Of a stretch of 55,272 bases of DNA, positions 7,584-17,782 are shown one piece after another. Location: assembly GCF_019242285.1 (NCBI RefSeq), contig NZ_JAFAVV010000291.1, forward strand, positions 1 through 55,272, in the 5' to 3' direction. The notes under the pieces are model-generated. The model had not been told where the DNA came from. It worked only from the letters and a program-made list of their open reading frames with translations, and did no database searches. The stretch comes from Bradyrhizobium sp. (GTDB taxonomy: Bacteria; Pseudomonadota; Alphaproteobacteria; Rhizobiales; Xanthobacteraceae). Every line of letters starts with the position of its first letter. The first letter of the stretch is position 1. The position numbers and the translations under genes are program-made.

Positions 7584-9313
7584 GCGGCGCTCCCGTGACG
7601 CAACGCTTCGGTCCTCGCACGATCGAGTTCGCCGTCGGTCCTGATCGCGACCTTGTAGATGTCGTTCGCCTGCTGCCGGCCTACGAAGCCGAGCGCGACG
7701 TCATGCGCGACCGCCTCGACAGGACGCTCCGCCGCGCTGCCCCAGCCGCCGCCGCCCGGCGTCTCCAGCCGGACACGGCGGCCGGCCGGAAGATGCAGGT
7801 CGGTGATCTTCGACACCATCGGCGGGCTCGCCTCCCCTTCGCCGGTCTGCCAGATGAATCGGTTGAGCCCAGCCTCGGTGCCGCCGGCCACGCCGAACGG
7901 CGCCGCCTTGCCGCGCTCGCCGAGCAGCGCGACATGGGCATCGACCAGAAGCTCGATCTCGTAGATCGCCCCCAACCCGCCGCGATGGGTGCCGGCGCCG
8001 GCGGAATCCGGCCGCAGCGCCCATTGCGTGAACATCACGGGGTAGGCGGCTTCCAGAATTTCGACCGGCGGAATCGTCGCGGTCGAGATCGGGTTGTTGG
8101 CGTGGTTGAGGCCGTCCGACATGGGATTGCCGCCGAGCCCGCCGCCGAAGAAGGAGAACATCACGAAGCGGCTGCCGTCATGGCGATGGCCGGCGATCGA
8201 CAGCGCATTGATGGTGCCGAACGGCGCGGCGGTGGCGCGCGCCGGGTCGGCCTTCGCCAGCGCGCCGAGCACGACGCCGATCAGCCGCAGGATGGTCTCG
8301 GTATAGCCCGCGACCGGTTTCGGGGGCGCGGCGGCCAGCAGCGAACCTTCGGTGATGGTGAAGCGGATCGGCCTGAGACAGCCGGCATTGGCCGGCACGT
8401 CGGTGAAGACATGCTTGAGCGCCACATAGCAGGCCGCGATCGTGGTCGAGCGCGAGATGTTGATCGGTCCCTGCGCGCCTGCGGCCGAGCGCGAGAAGTC
8501 GAGCTCCATCGTGTCGCCGGTGACGCGGATGTCGAGCGCCACCGTCAGCGGCACATCGACGATGCCGTCATTGTCGAGCACGTCCTCGAAGGAATAGACG
8601 CCGTCCGGCAGCGAGGCGATCGCCACACGCATCAGCGCCTCGGCGCGGTCGGAGTACGCCTCGAAGGCATCGGCGACGGTCGCATCACCATATTCGTCGA
8701 GCAGCGCACGCAGCCGCCGCTCGCCGAGATCGAGCGCGTTGAGCTGGCCGTTGAGATCCCCCCAGTTCGACATCGGCACCCGCGAATTGGCCTCGATGAT
8801 GCCGAGGATGTCCGGGTTGACCTTGCCGGCCGAGAACAGTTTCACCGGCGGAATGCGGATGCCTTCCTGAAAGCTTTCGGTCGCCTTCGGATTGTAGCCG
8901 CCGGCGACATTGCCGCCGATGTCGAGCCAATGACCGACCGAGGCGATCCAGCAGAACACCTCGCCATCACGGAACACCGGCCGCACCAGGCGGAAATCGT
9001 TGAGATGCGTGCCGGCGTCGTAGGGATCGTTGAAGATGAAGGTATCGCCGTCTGCGAGGCCGCCCTCCCTCTCGACCTTGGCGATGACGGCGCGCACCGC
9101 GAACGCCATGGCGCCGACGAAGATCGGCAGGCCGCCCTGGCCCTGCACCAGCGTATCGCCCGTCTTCGCATGGTAGATGCCGTGGCAGGCGTCACGCGCT
9201 TCCGCGATCGTGGGGTTGAAAGCCGAGCGGTAGAGCGTCGCATCCATCTCGTCGACGACCTGCTCGAGCCGGCCCTTCAACACCGCGAGCGTGATGGGAT
9301 CGAGCGCGCTCAT
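7580..9313 (-). CDS. Hydantoinase B / 5-oxoprolinase metal-binding subunit
   Basis: LDPITLAV, NDPY.AGTHLND, HWLDIGG, QEGI.IPP, DSAGAG.HRGGLG, TPGGGGWG. Confidence 0.93.
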   Translation of the reverse strand: MSALDPITLAVLKGRLEQVVDEMDATLYRSAFNPTIAEARDACHGIYHAKTGDTLVQGQGGLPIFVGAMAFAVRAVIAKVEREGGLADGDTFIFNDPYDAGTHLNDFRLVRPVFRDGEVFCWIASVGHWLDIGGNVAGGYNPKATESFQEGIRIPPVKLFSAGKVNPDILGIIEANSRVPMSNWGDLNGQLNALDLGERRLRALLDEYGDATVADAFEAYSDRAEALMRVAIASLPDGVYSFEDVLDNDGIVDVPLTVALDIRVTGDTMELDFSRSAAGAQGPINISRSTTIAACYVALKHVFTDVPANAGCLRPIRFTITEGSLLAAAPPKPVAGYTETILRLIGVVLGALAKADPARATAAPFGTINALSIAGHRHDGSRFVMFSFFGGGLGGNPMSDGLNHANNPISTATIPPVEILEAAYPVMFTQWALRPDSAGAGTHRGGLGAIYEIELLVDAHVALLGERGKAAPFGVAGGTEAGLNRFIWQTGEGEASPPMVSKITDLHLPAGRRVRLETPGGGGWGSAAERPVEAVAHDVALGFVGRQQANDIYKVAIRTDGELDRARTEALRHGSAA

Positions 9314-10194
9314 GCGAGCTGCTCCGCCGCGCCGCCGTCCGCCTCGTAGCGCGCGCCGAGCGCCAGCATCTCCGGCGTGCCGAGCAGCGCATTGAGGCCG
9401 TCGAAATCGAGCATGCGGTCGACGAACGGCCGGTTGGAGCCGGCCTCCGCCAGCGAGCGATAGTATTGGCTTGCCGTGTGGGCCAGCGCGCGGACGACGC
9501 CGCCGGGAAAGATCACGAGCCGGAAGCCGAGCGCGCCGAGCTCGGCGGCGCTGTGGATCGGCGTCGAGCCGCCCTCCACCATGTTGGCGACCAGCGGCCG
9601 CAGGCTTGCCAATCGGCCGGCAATGGCCGAGAGCTGCTCGCTGCTCCTGGGCGCCTCGATGAAGAGGATATCGGCGCCCGCCTCGGCAAAGCGCTCGGCG
9701 CGCTCGATCGCGGCCTCCGCGCCCTCGATGGCGAGCGCATCGGTCCGCGCGATGATCAGTGTCTCGGAAGAACGGCGCGCGTCGAGCGCGGCCTTGATCT
9801 TGCCGACCATCTCGCCAGCGGAGACGACCGACTTGTCGGTGAGATGGCCGCAGCGCTTCGGCGAGGTCTGGTCCTCGATCTGGATCGCGGCCGCACCGGC
9901 GCGCTCGAACAGTCGCACGGTCCGCTGCACGTTCAGCGCATTGCCATAGCCGGTATCGGCATCGACGAGCAGCGGCGTGTCGACGCGGTCGGTCACCATG
10001 GCGATGATCTCGGCGACCTCGTTCATCGACACCAGGCCGATATCGGGGCGGCCGAGCCGCGTATAGGCGATACCGGCGCCGGTGAGATACAACGCCTTGA
10101 AGCCGGCGCCTGCGGCAATGCTGGCAGTCAGCGCGTCGCAGACGCCCGGCGCGATGGTGGTCGGCTCCGCCGCAAGGGTCGCTCTGAGGCTCAT
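9310..10194 (-). CDS. Isocitrate lyase/PEP mutase superfamily C-C lyase (2,3-dimethylmalate/methylisocitrate lyase-like)
   Basis: LGRPDIG, DADTGYG, IEDQ..PKRCGH catalytic loop, IIARTDA, ANMVEGG.TP. Confidence 0.9.
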   Translation of the reverse strand: MSLRATLAAEPTTIAPGVCDALTASIAAGAGFKALYLTGAGIAYTRLGRPDIGLVSMNEVAEIIAMVTDRVDTPLLVDADTGYGNALNVQRTVRLFERAGAAAIQIEDQTSPKRCGHLTDKSVVSAGEMVGKIKAALDARRSSETLIIARTDALAIEGAEAAIERAERFAEAGADILFIEAPRSSEQLSAIAGRLASLRPLVANMVEGGSTPIHSAAELGALGFRLVIFPGGVVRALAHTASQYYRSLAEAGSNRPFVDRMLDFDGLNALLGTPEMLALGARYEADGGAAEQLA

Positions 10195-10240
10195 GCTGGC
10201 ATCCTCGTTCCTCTTCGTCGTCTGGCGCCGGTTGCGGGCC

Positions 10241-10942
10241 TCACAGCCCGAGATAGGCGCGCTTCAATTCGGGGTTGGACTTGAGCTCGGCCGCCGCGCC
10301 CGACAGCGTGATGAGGCCGTTCTCCATGATGTAGGCGCGGCGCGCGAGCTCGAAGGATTGCACGACGTTCTGCTCGACCAGCATGATGGCAAGCCCGCCG
10401 GCCGCGAGCCGCGCGATCAGCGCGAACATCTCCTCTACCATCAGCGGCGAGAGGCCGAGCGACGGCTCGTCGAGGATCAGCAGTTTCGGCTCGCCCATCA
10501 GTCCGCGGCCGATCGCCAGCATCTGCTGCTCGCCGCCGGAGAGCGTGCCGGCATATTGTCTGGCGCGCTCCTTCAGCCGCGGAAACGTGGCGTAGACCCG
10601 CTCGATGTTGGCCCCGCGCGCACGCCTCGGCCGCCGGTAGCCGCCAAGCTCGAGGTTTTCACGGATCGTGAGGTTGGGAAATATCCTGCGGCCTTCGGGG
10701 ACATGAATCAGGCCGGCGGACACGATCGCGGCCGAGTTCGCGCGCTGCAGCTCACAGCCATTGAAACGGACAGTGCCGCCGGTCGAGGGCAAAACGCCGG
10801 ACAGCACCTTGTTCAGCGTGGTCTTGCCGACACCGTTGGAGCCGAGCACGGCCACCACCTCGCCCTCCCCGACGTCGAGGCTGACGCCGCGCAGCACCTC
10901 GGTTTCGCCATAACCGGCGCGCAACTCGCGGACCTCAAGCAT
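10241..10942 (-). CDS. Branched-chain amino acid-type ABC transporter ATPase (LivF-like)
   Basis: GSNGVGKT, VPEGRRIF, LSGGEQQM, LDEPSLGL. Confidence 0.93.
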   Translation of the reverse strand: MLEVRELRAGYGETEVLRGVSLDVGEGEVVAVLGSNGVGKTTLNKVLSGVLPSTGGTVRFNGCELQRANSAAIVSAGLIHVPEGRRIFPNLTIRENLELGGYRRPRRARGANIERVYATFPRLKERARQYAGTLSGGEQQMLAIGRGLMGEPKLLILDEPSLGLSPLMVEEMFALIARLAAGGLAIMLVEQNVVQSFELARRAYIMENGLITLSGAAAELKSNPELKRAYLGL

Positions 10943-11681
10943 CGGCGGCGCTCTCGAGCTTCAATCGCGCGGCCGCGCCATGGCCGAGATAGGCCTCGAT
11001 CACGTTCGGATCGGCGCAGACCGCGGCCGGCTCGCCCTCGGCGATCATCTTGCCCTGCGACAGCACGAAGACGCGATCGCACAGGTTCATCACCGCCTGC
11101 ATGATGTGCTCGATCATCAGGATGGTGATGCCCTGGTCGCGAATGGCGCGGATCATCGGGATCACGTCGCGGATTTCCGACGGGTTGAGCCCGGCCAGCA
11201 CCTCGTCGAGCAGCAGCAGTCGCGGCCGGGTCGCGAGCGCGCGGGCGAGCTCGAGCCGCTTGCGCCCCGCGACCGTCAACCCGGATGACGCCTTCGCCAG
11301 CTCGCCGCCGAGCCCGACGCGCTGGGCAATCTCGGCGGCCTGCCGCATCGCCTCGGCCTGGCTCGCCGTGTGCATGTAGGCGCCGACCGCGATGTTCTGC
11401 TGCACGTCGAGCCCTTCGAAGGGCTGCACGATCTGGAAGGTCCGCGCGATGCCATCGCGTGCGCGGACATGCGGCTTGAGGCCGGTGATGTCCTTGTCTT
11501 CGTAGATCACGGCACCGCCGTCGGAGGCGAGAAAACCCGCGATCATCGCGAACAGCGTGGTCTTGCCGGCACCGTTCGGCCCGATCAGGCCGGTGATCGA
11601 ACCCTGCTCGACCGACAAGGACGCGGCATCGACGGCCAGCAATCCGCTGAAGCGTTTTGTCAGTTTCTCGACCCGCAGCAT
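10935..11681 (-). CDS. Branched-chain amino acid-type ABC transporter ATPase (LivG-like)
   Basis: GPNGAGKTT, ARTFQ, LELARALA, LLLLDE, VIEAYLG. Confidence 0.93.
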   Translation of the reverse strand: MLRVEKLTKRFSGLLAVDAASLSVEQGSITGLIGPNGAGKTTLFAMIAGFLASDGGAVIYEDKDITGLKPHVRARDGIARTFQIVQPFEGLDVQQNIAVGAYMHTASQAEAMRQAAEIAQRVGLGGELAKASSGLTVAGRKRLELARALATRPRLLLLDEVLAGLNPSEIRDVIPMIRAIRDQGITILMIEHIMQAVMNLCDRVFVLSQGKMIAEGEPAAVCADPNVIEAYLGHGAAARLKLESAADA

Positions 11682-11683
11682 CG

Positions 11684-12667
11684 TCAGGCCTCCTTCGCCG
11701 TCTTGGCGGGAAAGCCGCGTCGCTCGATGCCGAGCCTACGCAACAGCGTGACGAGGCCGTTGGGCGAGAAGGCCACGCAGAGCACCAGGATGACGCCGAA
11801 CACCAGAAGATCGAGGCCAGGGATGCCGCCCGACAGCCCCTTGGTCAGTTCGCCGAGGCCGAGCAGCACGATCGCGCCGATCAATGGACCGAGCACCGTT
11901 CCGGCGCCGCCGACGATCGCGGCGAACAGCGCCTCGATCGAGATCCAGGAGCCGAAAGCGATATTGGCGTCGACGAAGAGATAGTCCTGCGCATAGAGGC
12001 AGCCGGATGCGGCCGTCAGCGCCGCCGACAGCGCGATCGCCTTCAGCTTGACGGTGAAGACGTCGACGCCCAGCGCTTGCGCCGCCTGGTCGTTCTCGCG
12101 CAGCGCGACCAGATAGGCGCCGAAGCGGGAGTGCTCGAGCCACCAGGTCGCGAGCAGGCCGATGGCGACGAAGGCCAGCACCACCAGCAGGAAGACGCGA
12201 CGGTCGGCGAATTGCAGGAAGGCAACGCCGCTCTGCAAGTTCAGGATGGTGCCGGCAGCACCACCGGTGAAATTGGCGCTGTTGGCGAGAATGCGAGCGA
12301 CCTCGGCGAAAGCCAAAGTCACCAGCGCGAAATAGGAGCCTTTCAGGCCGGAGCGGAAGCTCAGGAAACCGATGAAGGCGCCGAACAGCGCGCCGAGCGC
12401 AATCCCGATCACGAGCGCGAGCCAGGCGTTGAGCCCGTAACGGGCCTGCAGGATCGCCATCGCATAAGCGCCGACGCCGAAGAAGGCCGCATGCCCGAAC
12501 GACGACAGGCCGCCATAGCCGCCGAGCACGTTCCAGCCCTGGGCTGCGAGCGCGATGATCATCATGAAGATCATCAGGTTCAGCAGGCTTCCCGAAATCC
12601 CCAGAAAGGGGATGACGGCCAGCACGGCGACGGCGGCCGCGACCGGCAGCAGGCCTCGTCCGGTCAC
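11684..12667 (-). CDS. Branched-chain amino acid-type ABC permease (LivM-like)
   Basis: Multiple transmembrane segments, GWNVLGGYGGL.SFGHAAFFGVGAY, YFALVTLAF, RENDQAA.ALGV; GTG start overlaps the upstream TGA. Confidence 0.9.
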   Translation of the reverse strand: MTGRGLLPVAAAVAVLAVIPFLGISGSLLNLMIFMMIIALAAQGWNVLGGYGGLSSFGHAAFFGVGAYAMAILQARYGLNAWLALVIGIALGALFGAFIGFLSFRSGLKGSYFALVTLAFAEVARILANSANFTGGAAGTILNLQSGVAFLQFADRRVFLLVVLAFVAIGLLATWWLEHSRFGAYLVALRENDQAAQALGVDVFTVKLKAIALSAALTAASGCLYAQDYLFVDANIAFGSWISIEALFAAIVGGAGTVLGPLIGAIVLLGLGELTKGLSGGIPGLDLLVFGVILVLCVAFSPNGLVTLLRRLGIERRGFPAKTAKEA

Positions 12668-13536
12668 TGCTGCACCCCGAACAGGCCCGTCGGCTTGAAC
12701 AAAAGAACCACGATGAAGATCAGGAAGATGCCGATCTGGCCGAGGCTGTCGCCGAAGAACAGGCCGGAGGCCGCCTCCACCAGCCCGATCAGGAGCCCGC
12801 CGATCAGCGCGCCCGGCACCGATCCCATGCCACCCAACACGACGATGGTGAAGGCCACCAGCACGAAGGCGGCGCCGGTCTTCGGGCTCACATAAAAGGA
12901 CGGCATCAACAGGCCCGCCGCGACCGCGAGACAGGCGCAGCCGATCGCAAACGTCATGGCATAGACATGGGGCACGCTGATGCCGACCAGGCTCGCGCCG
13001 AGCTTCTCCTTCGCAACCGCGCGAATCGCCTTGCCGGTGTCGGTCCGGTTCAGCACCAGCCACAGCAACAGCGTCGTCAGCACGGTAACGCCGAGCCCGA
13101 CCACGCGCGGGAACGACAATAGCAACGGCCCGATCTCGACGACCCGGAACGAATAGTCGGTGTTGATGGTCCGCGTGTCCGACTGGAAGCCGGCCAGCAG
13201 CGCGTTCTCGATGATGATGGAAAGCCCGAGCGTCACCAGCAGGATGCTGTTGTCCTTGCCATGGCTCGCCGGGCCGATGATGAAGCGCTGCAAGACATAG
13301 CCAAACGCGAACATCAGCGGCGCGACGATCGCGATGGACAGATAGGGATCCATGCCGAACCGTGCGGACAAAACCCAGACCGCGAACATCGCCACCGTCA
13401 ACAGCGCGCCATGCGCAAAGTTGACGATATGCAGCACGCCGTAGATCAGCGTCAGCCCGAGCGCGATCAGGGCATAGATCGCGCCGAGCATGAGCCCATT
13501 CAGCAGCGCCTCGATGACGATTTCGGGCGAGTACAT
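12664..13536 (-). CDS. Branched-chain amino acid-type ABC permease (LivH-like)
   Basis: GAIYALIALGLTLIYG..HIVNFAHG, GKAIRAVA, VVLGGMGS; ATG 13536 follows a GGAAGGA RBS. Confidence 0.92.
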   Translation of the reverse strand: MYSPEIVIEALLNGLMLGAIYALIALGLTLIYGVLHIVNFAHGALLTVAMFAVWVLSARFGMDPYLSIAIVAPLMFAFGYVLQRFIIGPASHGKDNSILLVTLGLSIIIENALLAGFQSDTRTINTDYSFRVVEIGPLLLSFPRVVGLGVTVLTTLLLWLVLNRTDTGKAIRAVAKEKLGASLVGISVPHVYAMTFAIGCACLAVAAGLLMPSFYVSPKTGAAFVLVAFTIVVLGGMGSVPGALIGGLLIGLVEAASGLFFGDSLGQIGIFLIFIVVLLFKPTGLFGVQQ

Positions 13537-13592
13537 CCTGTCCTTCCGCGAGATGCGAGGTGGCGGCGCGCCGCCACCTCGCCCTTCATCGA

Positions 13593-14831
13593 TCAACTGT
13601 TGATGGGGAATACCGGCTTGGCTTCGGCATAGTTCGCCGGATAGATCACCTTGATGTCCTTGCCCTGGACCTGGGTGTTGAGCGGCAGCGCGCTGGTGTT
13701 CTGTCCCTTGTCGTTAAATTTGGTCTTGCCGTAGGGCATGAGGCCGCTGTCGAACTCGTTCGTCGCAAGCGAGGCGATGATCTTCTCGCGGTCGGCGCTG
13801 CCGGCCTTCTCCACGGCCTGCGCGAAGACGTGGACCAGCGAGTAGTTGATCGGCGTGTTGTAGGCGTAGAACTTGCCGGCCGCCGTGACGGTCTCGCGCA
13901 GCTTGGTGGTGATCGGGTTCTTCGGATCGCCCCAATGGTTGCAGTCCATGACACCCTGGGCGGCTTCCGGAAATTCGTTGACGAAGCGATAGCTCGAGGC
14001 GGCGCCGCCGAACACCGCATAGATGCCCTTCGGCCGCACTCGCTGCTGCTGCAAAGTGCGCGCAAACAGCACGAACTCGTTGAAATAATGCGAGGGCACG
14101 ATCAGATCGGGGTTGAGCGAGCGGATGCGCAGCACGACGTTCGACATGTCCCGCGCCGGCGTCGGATGGGCGATGCTTTCGAGCACCTCGAAGCCGAGCG
14201 GCGGCAGCTTCTCCTGCATCAGCTTCGCGAGCCCGGAGCCGAACAGGCCGTCCTCGTGCACGATCGCGACCGTCTTCGCCGGCTTGCCGGCGTCATCGTT
14301 CAGCTTCACCAGGTTCTTCAGCGCGAGCTCCGTCGCCATCGAGAAGTTCGGGTTGAAGCGGAAGGTGTTCTTGAGGCCGCGCTCGGTGATGGTGTCGGCC
14401 ACGGCGCAGTCGACGATGAACGGCAGGCCATAGCGCGCGGCCGCCTGGGTCGCCGTCAATGCGATACCGGAGGCGAAGCCGCCGAGCACGGCGGAGACGC
14501 CCGCGCCTTGCAGATCCTCCGTCGCCTGCGCGCCGGCCTCGGCATTGGAGCGGCTGTCGCCGATCACGAGCTCGAGCCTGGCACCGCCGAGCGTCTTGAT
14601 GCCGCCGGCGTCGTTGATCTCCTTCACCGCATATTCGGCACCAGTCTTGGCGAGATCGCCGTCGAGCGCGAACGCGCCGCTGATCGGCTGCAGCAGGCCG
14701 ACCTTGACGGGCGCAGGCTCGGCGCGAAGGACGCCGGGGGCCGCGACCAGCGTCGTCAGCGCGGCGCCGGCCTTGAGGACGGCACGGCGGGATATGGGCT
14801 TCCGGGACATGGGCTTCGAGGAACGCCTCAT
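13593..14831 (-). CDS. ABC transporter substrate-binding protein (Peripla_BP_6/LivK-like) with Tat signal
   Basis: SRRAVLK twin-arginine signal, VKVGLLQPISG, EINDAGGIK.LGG; ATGA-coupled to the regulator gene. Confidence 0.9.
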   Translation of the reverse strand: MRRSSKPMSRKPISRRAVLKAGAALTTLVAAPGVLRAEPAPVKVGLLQPISGAFALDGDLAKTGAEYAVKEINDAGGIKTLGGARLELVIGDSRSNAEAGAQATEDLQGAGVSAVLGGFASGIALTATQAAARYGLPFIVDCAVADTITERGLKNTFRFNPNFSMATELALKNLVKLNDDAGKPAKTVAIVHEDGLFGSGLAKLMQEKLPPLGFEVLESIAHPTPARDMSNVVLRIRSLNPDLIVPSHYFNEFVLFARTLQQQRVRPKGIYAVFGGAASSYRFVNEFPEAAQGVMDCNHWGDPKNPITTKLRETVTAAGKFYAYNTPINYSLVHVFAQAVEKAGSADREKIIASLATNEFDSGLMPYGKTKFNDKGQNTSALPLNTQVQGKDIKVIYPANYAEAKPVFPINS

Positions 14832-15655
14832 TTCAATTTCACCTTCTTCCTGACTGGCTGCCTCCGGCGAAGGCGCTCTCTCCGGTAAACCTCGGCTGTC
14901 GGACTCCAGTGCCGGTGTCCTTCGTCCCCCGTGCGGGCCAGATTCATCTGCAAGGTGTAGCGGTCGGGCCGGTACAGCGCCTGCAAATGCTCCATCGGGC
15001 GCCCTGCCTGATCATAGACGACGCGGCGCAGCGCCACGAGCGGCAATCCGACGCCGATGTCGAGCGCCTCGGCGACCTCGGGGCTCGACAGCACCGCGCT
15101 GATCTCCTGCCTGGCGGAAGCGCCCTTGTGCCCGGCCCGTTCGATCAATTCCAGCAGCGGCGCCTTGGCGAGGTCGTCGCGCGAAAAATTGCGACCGATC
15201 CTCTCCGGCACATGCGCGACCAGATGGGAGAACGGGACGCCGTCGACCAGGCGGACGCGCACCGAGCGCTGCGACCGTTCGTCGGGCGCGAGCTCCAGCG
15301 CCTCCCGGACCTGCTCGGGCGGATTGACGTAGTCGAACGAGAGCAGCCTGACGTCGGTGGTGCGCCCCATCTCGATCAGATGGGCGAAGACATTGGCGAC
15401 ATCAGCCAGCACGGTGCGGACCTTCTGCGACGGACGCCGCACATAGGTGCCCGAACCGCTCCGCTTCTGCACCAGATCCTCGCTGGCCAACAGATCCAGC
15501 GCCTGGCGGATGGTGACGCGGGAGACGTTGTGCGCCTGCGCCAGCGCGAACTCGCCCGGCAGCCGATCGCCCGCGGCAAGCTCGCCCGAGGCGATCTTGT
15601 CCTTCAGCAGCAGGTAGACCCGCCGCGCCTTCAGCGGCTCTGAAGCGGCGCGCAA
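14828..15655 (-). CDS. GntR family regulator, HutC subfamily (UTRA domain)
   Basis: GDRLPGE..LA...NVSRVTIRQAL...G.GTYV winged HTH; C-terminal UTRA domain ending YRPDRY. TTG start with GAGGG RBS. Confidence 0.9.
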   Translation of the reverse strand: MRAASEPLKARRVYLLLKDKIASGELAAGDRLPGEFALAQAHNVSRVTIRQALDLLASEDLVQKRSGSGTYVRRPSQKVRTVLADVANVFAHLIEMGRTTDVRLLSFDYVNPPEQVREALELAPDERSQRSVRVRLVDGVPFSHLVAHVPERIGRNFSRDDLAKAPLLELIERAGHKGASARQEISAVLSSPEVAEALDIGVGLPLVALRRVVYDQAGRPMEHLQALYRPDRYTLQMNLARTGDEGHRHWSPTAEVYRRERLRRRQPVRKKVKLK

Positions 15656-15684
15656 CGCCAGTCCCTCAAGCTATCTTGTTTCCA

Positions 15685-15699
15685 ATACAGCTTCTGTAT
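15685..15699. promoter_or_regulatory. Candidate operator in the divergent GntR/OYE promoter region
   Basis: Inverted repeat ATACAG-ctt-CTGTAT in an AT-rich stretch between the divergent starts. Confidence 0.35.
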
Positions 15700-15796
15700 A
15701 AAAAACGTGACAGGTTCGGTCAATCCGCTGCACGCTGCCGCGCAGGGATCGAGCCAGGCGGTAGCTAGAGACCGTGGCGTAAGAGAGTTTGGCACC

Positions 15797-17782
15797 ATGC
15801 CTCAGCCGTTCGAAAGGGCCCTCAGCCGGCTCCAGGTCGGAAACCTGGGCTTTCGCAACCGCATCTTCGTCCCCGCGCATACGACGAATTTCGGCGTCGA
15901 CCATCTGCCGAGCCAGCGGCATCTGGACTATCACACGGCCCGCGCGAAGGGCGGCGTCGGCGCCATCATCTTCGAATCCATCCGCGTGCATGCCAATTCG
16001 CTCGGCCGGCCGCAGGCGGTCTCCGGCTTCGACCCGGCCTGCATCGATCCGTTTCGCCGCATCACCGACGCGGTGAGGAACGAAGGTGCCCACATTCTCG
16101 GCCAGGTCATCCATCTCGGCCGCCAGGTCGAAGGCGATTTCGAGCGAACGGTGTCCTGGGGCGCCTCGCCGATTCCCTGGTCGATCTCGGCACTGCCACC
16201 GCGGCCGATGGACGAATACGACATGGAAGAGGTGATCGACGCCCACCTCACCACCGCGCGCAACCTGGTCGCGGCCGGCTTCGACGGCATCGAACTGCAG
16301 ATGGCCCATGGCCATCTGTTGCAGCAATTCCTGTCGCCGCTGTCGAACCAGCGCGACGACCAATATGGCGGATCGATCGAGAACCGGCTGCGCTTTCCGG
16401 CCAGGGTGCTGGCCGCGCTGCGCAGCGAGCTGGGACGGGATTTCTGCCTCGGCATCCGCATCAGCGGCGACGAATATAGCGAGGGCGGCCTTGGCATCGA
16501 CGAGGTCGCGCGCATGGTGCCGATGCTGGCGACTGAGGCCAGGATCGACTTCGTCAACGTCTCGCACTCGGCCTATCAGGCCTCCTATTCGCTGGCGACG
16601 CAGATGGCGGACATGGCGTTCGATCCCGCGCCGTTTCGCAGCCTGCCGGCCCGCATCCGCACGGGCCTGCGCGCGGCGGGTTTCGACATGCCGGTGTTTG
16701 CCGTCTGCCGTTTCACAAAGCTCGAGCAGGCGGAAGCGCTCCTTGCCGCCGGCGGTGCCGATGCCGTCGGCATGGCGCGCGCGCATCTCGCCGAGCCGGC
16801 CCTCGTCCGCAAATCGATCGAGGGCCGTCTCGACGAGATCCGCCAGTGCATCGGCTGCAACCAGGGCTGCGCCGGCATGCTGGAGCGCAATCTGCCGATC
16901 CGCTGCCTGATCAGTCCGGTCGCCGGGCTGGAGGGGCAATATGCCGAGCCGGAGATGATCAACGACGCGGCACGCCGAAGGTTTCTCGTGATCGGCGCAG
17001 GCCCGGCCGGGCTCGAAGCAGCGCGAGTGGCCGCAGCCCTCGGCCATGACGTCACGTTGTGGGAGCGCAGCAATGCGCTGGGCGGCCAGCTCCGCACCGC
17101 CTGGCTGATGCCGAAGCGCTCCAACTTCAAGGACTTCGTCTGCTTCCAGGTCGAGGCGATCCGCCGTCTCGGGGTCAAGATCGAGCGTAACCGCACGGCC
17201 ACGGCCGACGCGGTTGCGGCCTTCGGTGCCGACCGCGTCATTCTTGCCACCGGCTCCCATACGATGCCGGTCGCGATTTCCGGCAATGGCAGGGTCTTCA
17301 CCTTGCCCGAAGCCGTGCAGGCGCCGCAGAAGCTCGGCGCATCGGTCGCGGTCTATGACCGCACCGGCGAATGGGGCGCGCTGTCGGCGGTCGAATTCTT
17401 CGCCGACATCGGCAAGGCCGTGACCCTGTTCGTGCCGGCGGCCAGCTACGCCTGGCGGGCCACGATCTATTCCACGCTCGCCAACAGCCGGCGGCTGCGC
17501 GAGCGCAAGGTGCGGATCGCTACGCTGCGCGCGGTGCGCGCCTTCAGTGGTGATGCGCTCGAGGTCGAGGACCTCTCGACCGGCGCGTCCGAGCGTCTCG
17601 CCGGGTTCTCCTCGCTGGTTGCCGTCGACCACAATCGCAGCGACCACGCGCTCTACCGGGCGCTGCGCGAGGCCGGTCTTCCCGTGGTCCAGGTCGGCGA
17701 CAACAACGCGCCGCGCACAGCGATGGAGGCGACCTACCAGGCCCACATGGCGGCGCGCGCCCCCTTCGAGACCAACGCATGA
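15797..17782 (+). CDS. Old Yellow Enzyme-type FMN oxidoreductase with 4Fe-4S and FAD/NAD domains (FadH/TMADH architecture)
   Basis: RAKGG.G, GFDGIEL..AHGHLLQQFLSP..N.R.D.YGGS.ENR.RF, CIGCNQGC...C cluster motif, VIGAGPAG; ATG 15797. Confidence 0.88.
   Translation: MPQPFERALSRLQVGNLGFRNRIFVPAHTTNFGVDHLPSQRHLDYHTARAKGGVGAIIFESIRVHANSLGRPQAVSGFDPACIDPFRRITDAVRNEGAHILGQVIHLGRQVEGDFERTVSWGASPIPWSISALPPRPMDEYDMEEVIDAHLTTARNLVAAGFDGIELQMAHGHLLQQFLSPLSNQRDDQYGGSIENRLRFPARVLAALRSELGRDFCLGIRISGDEYSEGGLGIDEVARMVPMLATEARIDFVNVSHSAYQASYSLATQMADMAFDPAPFRSLPARIRTGLRAAGFDMPVFAVCRFTKLEQAEALLAAGGADAVGMARAHLAEPALVRKSIEGRLDEIRQCIGCNQGCAGMLERNLPIRCLISPVAGLEGQYAEPEMINDAARRRFLVIGAGPAGLEAARVAAALGHDVTLWERSNALGGQLRTAWLMPKRSNFKDFVCFQVEAIRRLGVKIERNRTATADAVAAFGADRVILATGSHTMPVAISGNGRVFTLPEAVQAPQKLGASVAVYDRTGEWGALSAVEFFADIGKAVTLFVPAASYAWRATIYSTLANSRRLRERKVRIATLRAVRAFSGDALEVEDLSTGASERLAGFSSLVAVDHNRSDHALYRALREAGLPVVQVGDNNAPRTAMEATYQAHMAARAPFETNA

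Noticed and set aside
3389-9349. Long plus-strand ORFs (591, 625, 584 aa)
   Set aside because: Arg/Ala/Gly-rich antisense frames of the flavoprotein and hydantoinase genes; expected in high-GC coding DNA, with no motifs.
15671-17746. 691-aa minus-strand ORF of the same length as the ORF-track OYE call
   Set aside because: Antisense mirror frame lacking stops because of codon bias; the equal length is coincidental and no domain is recognisable.
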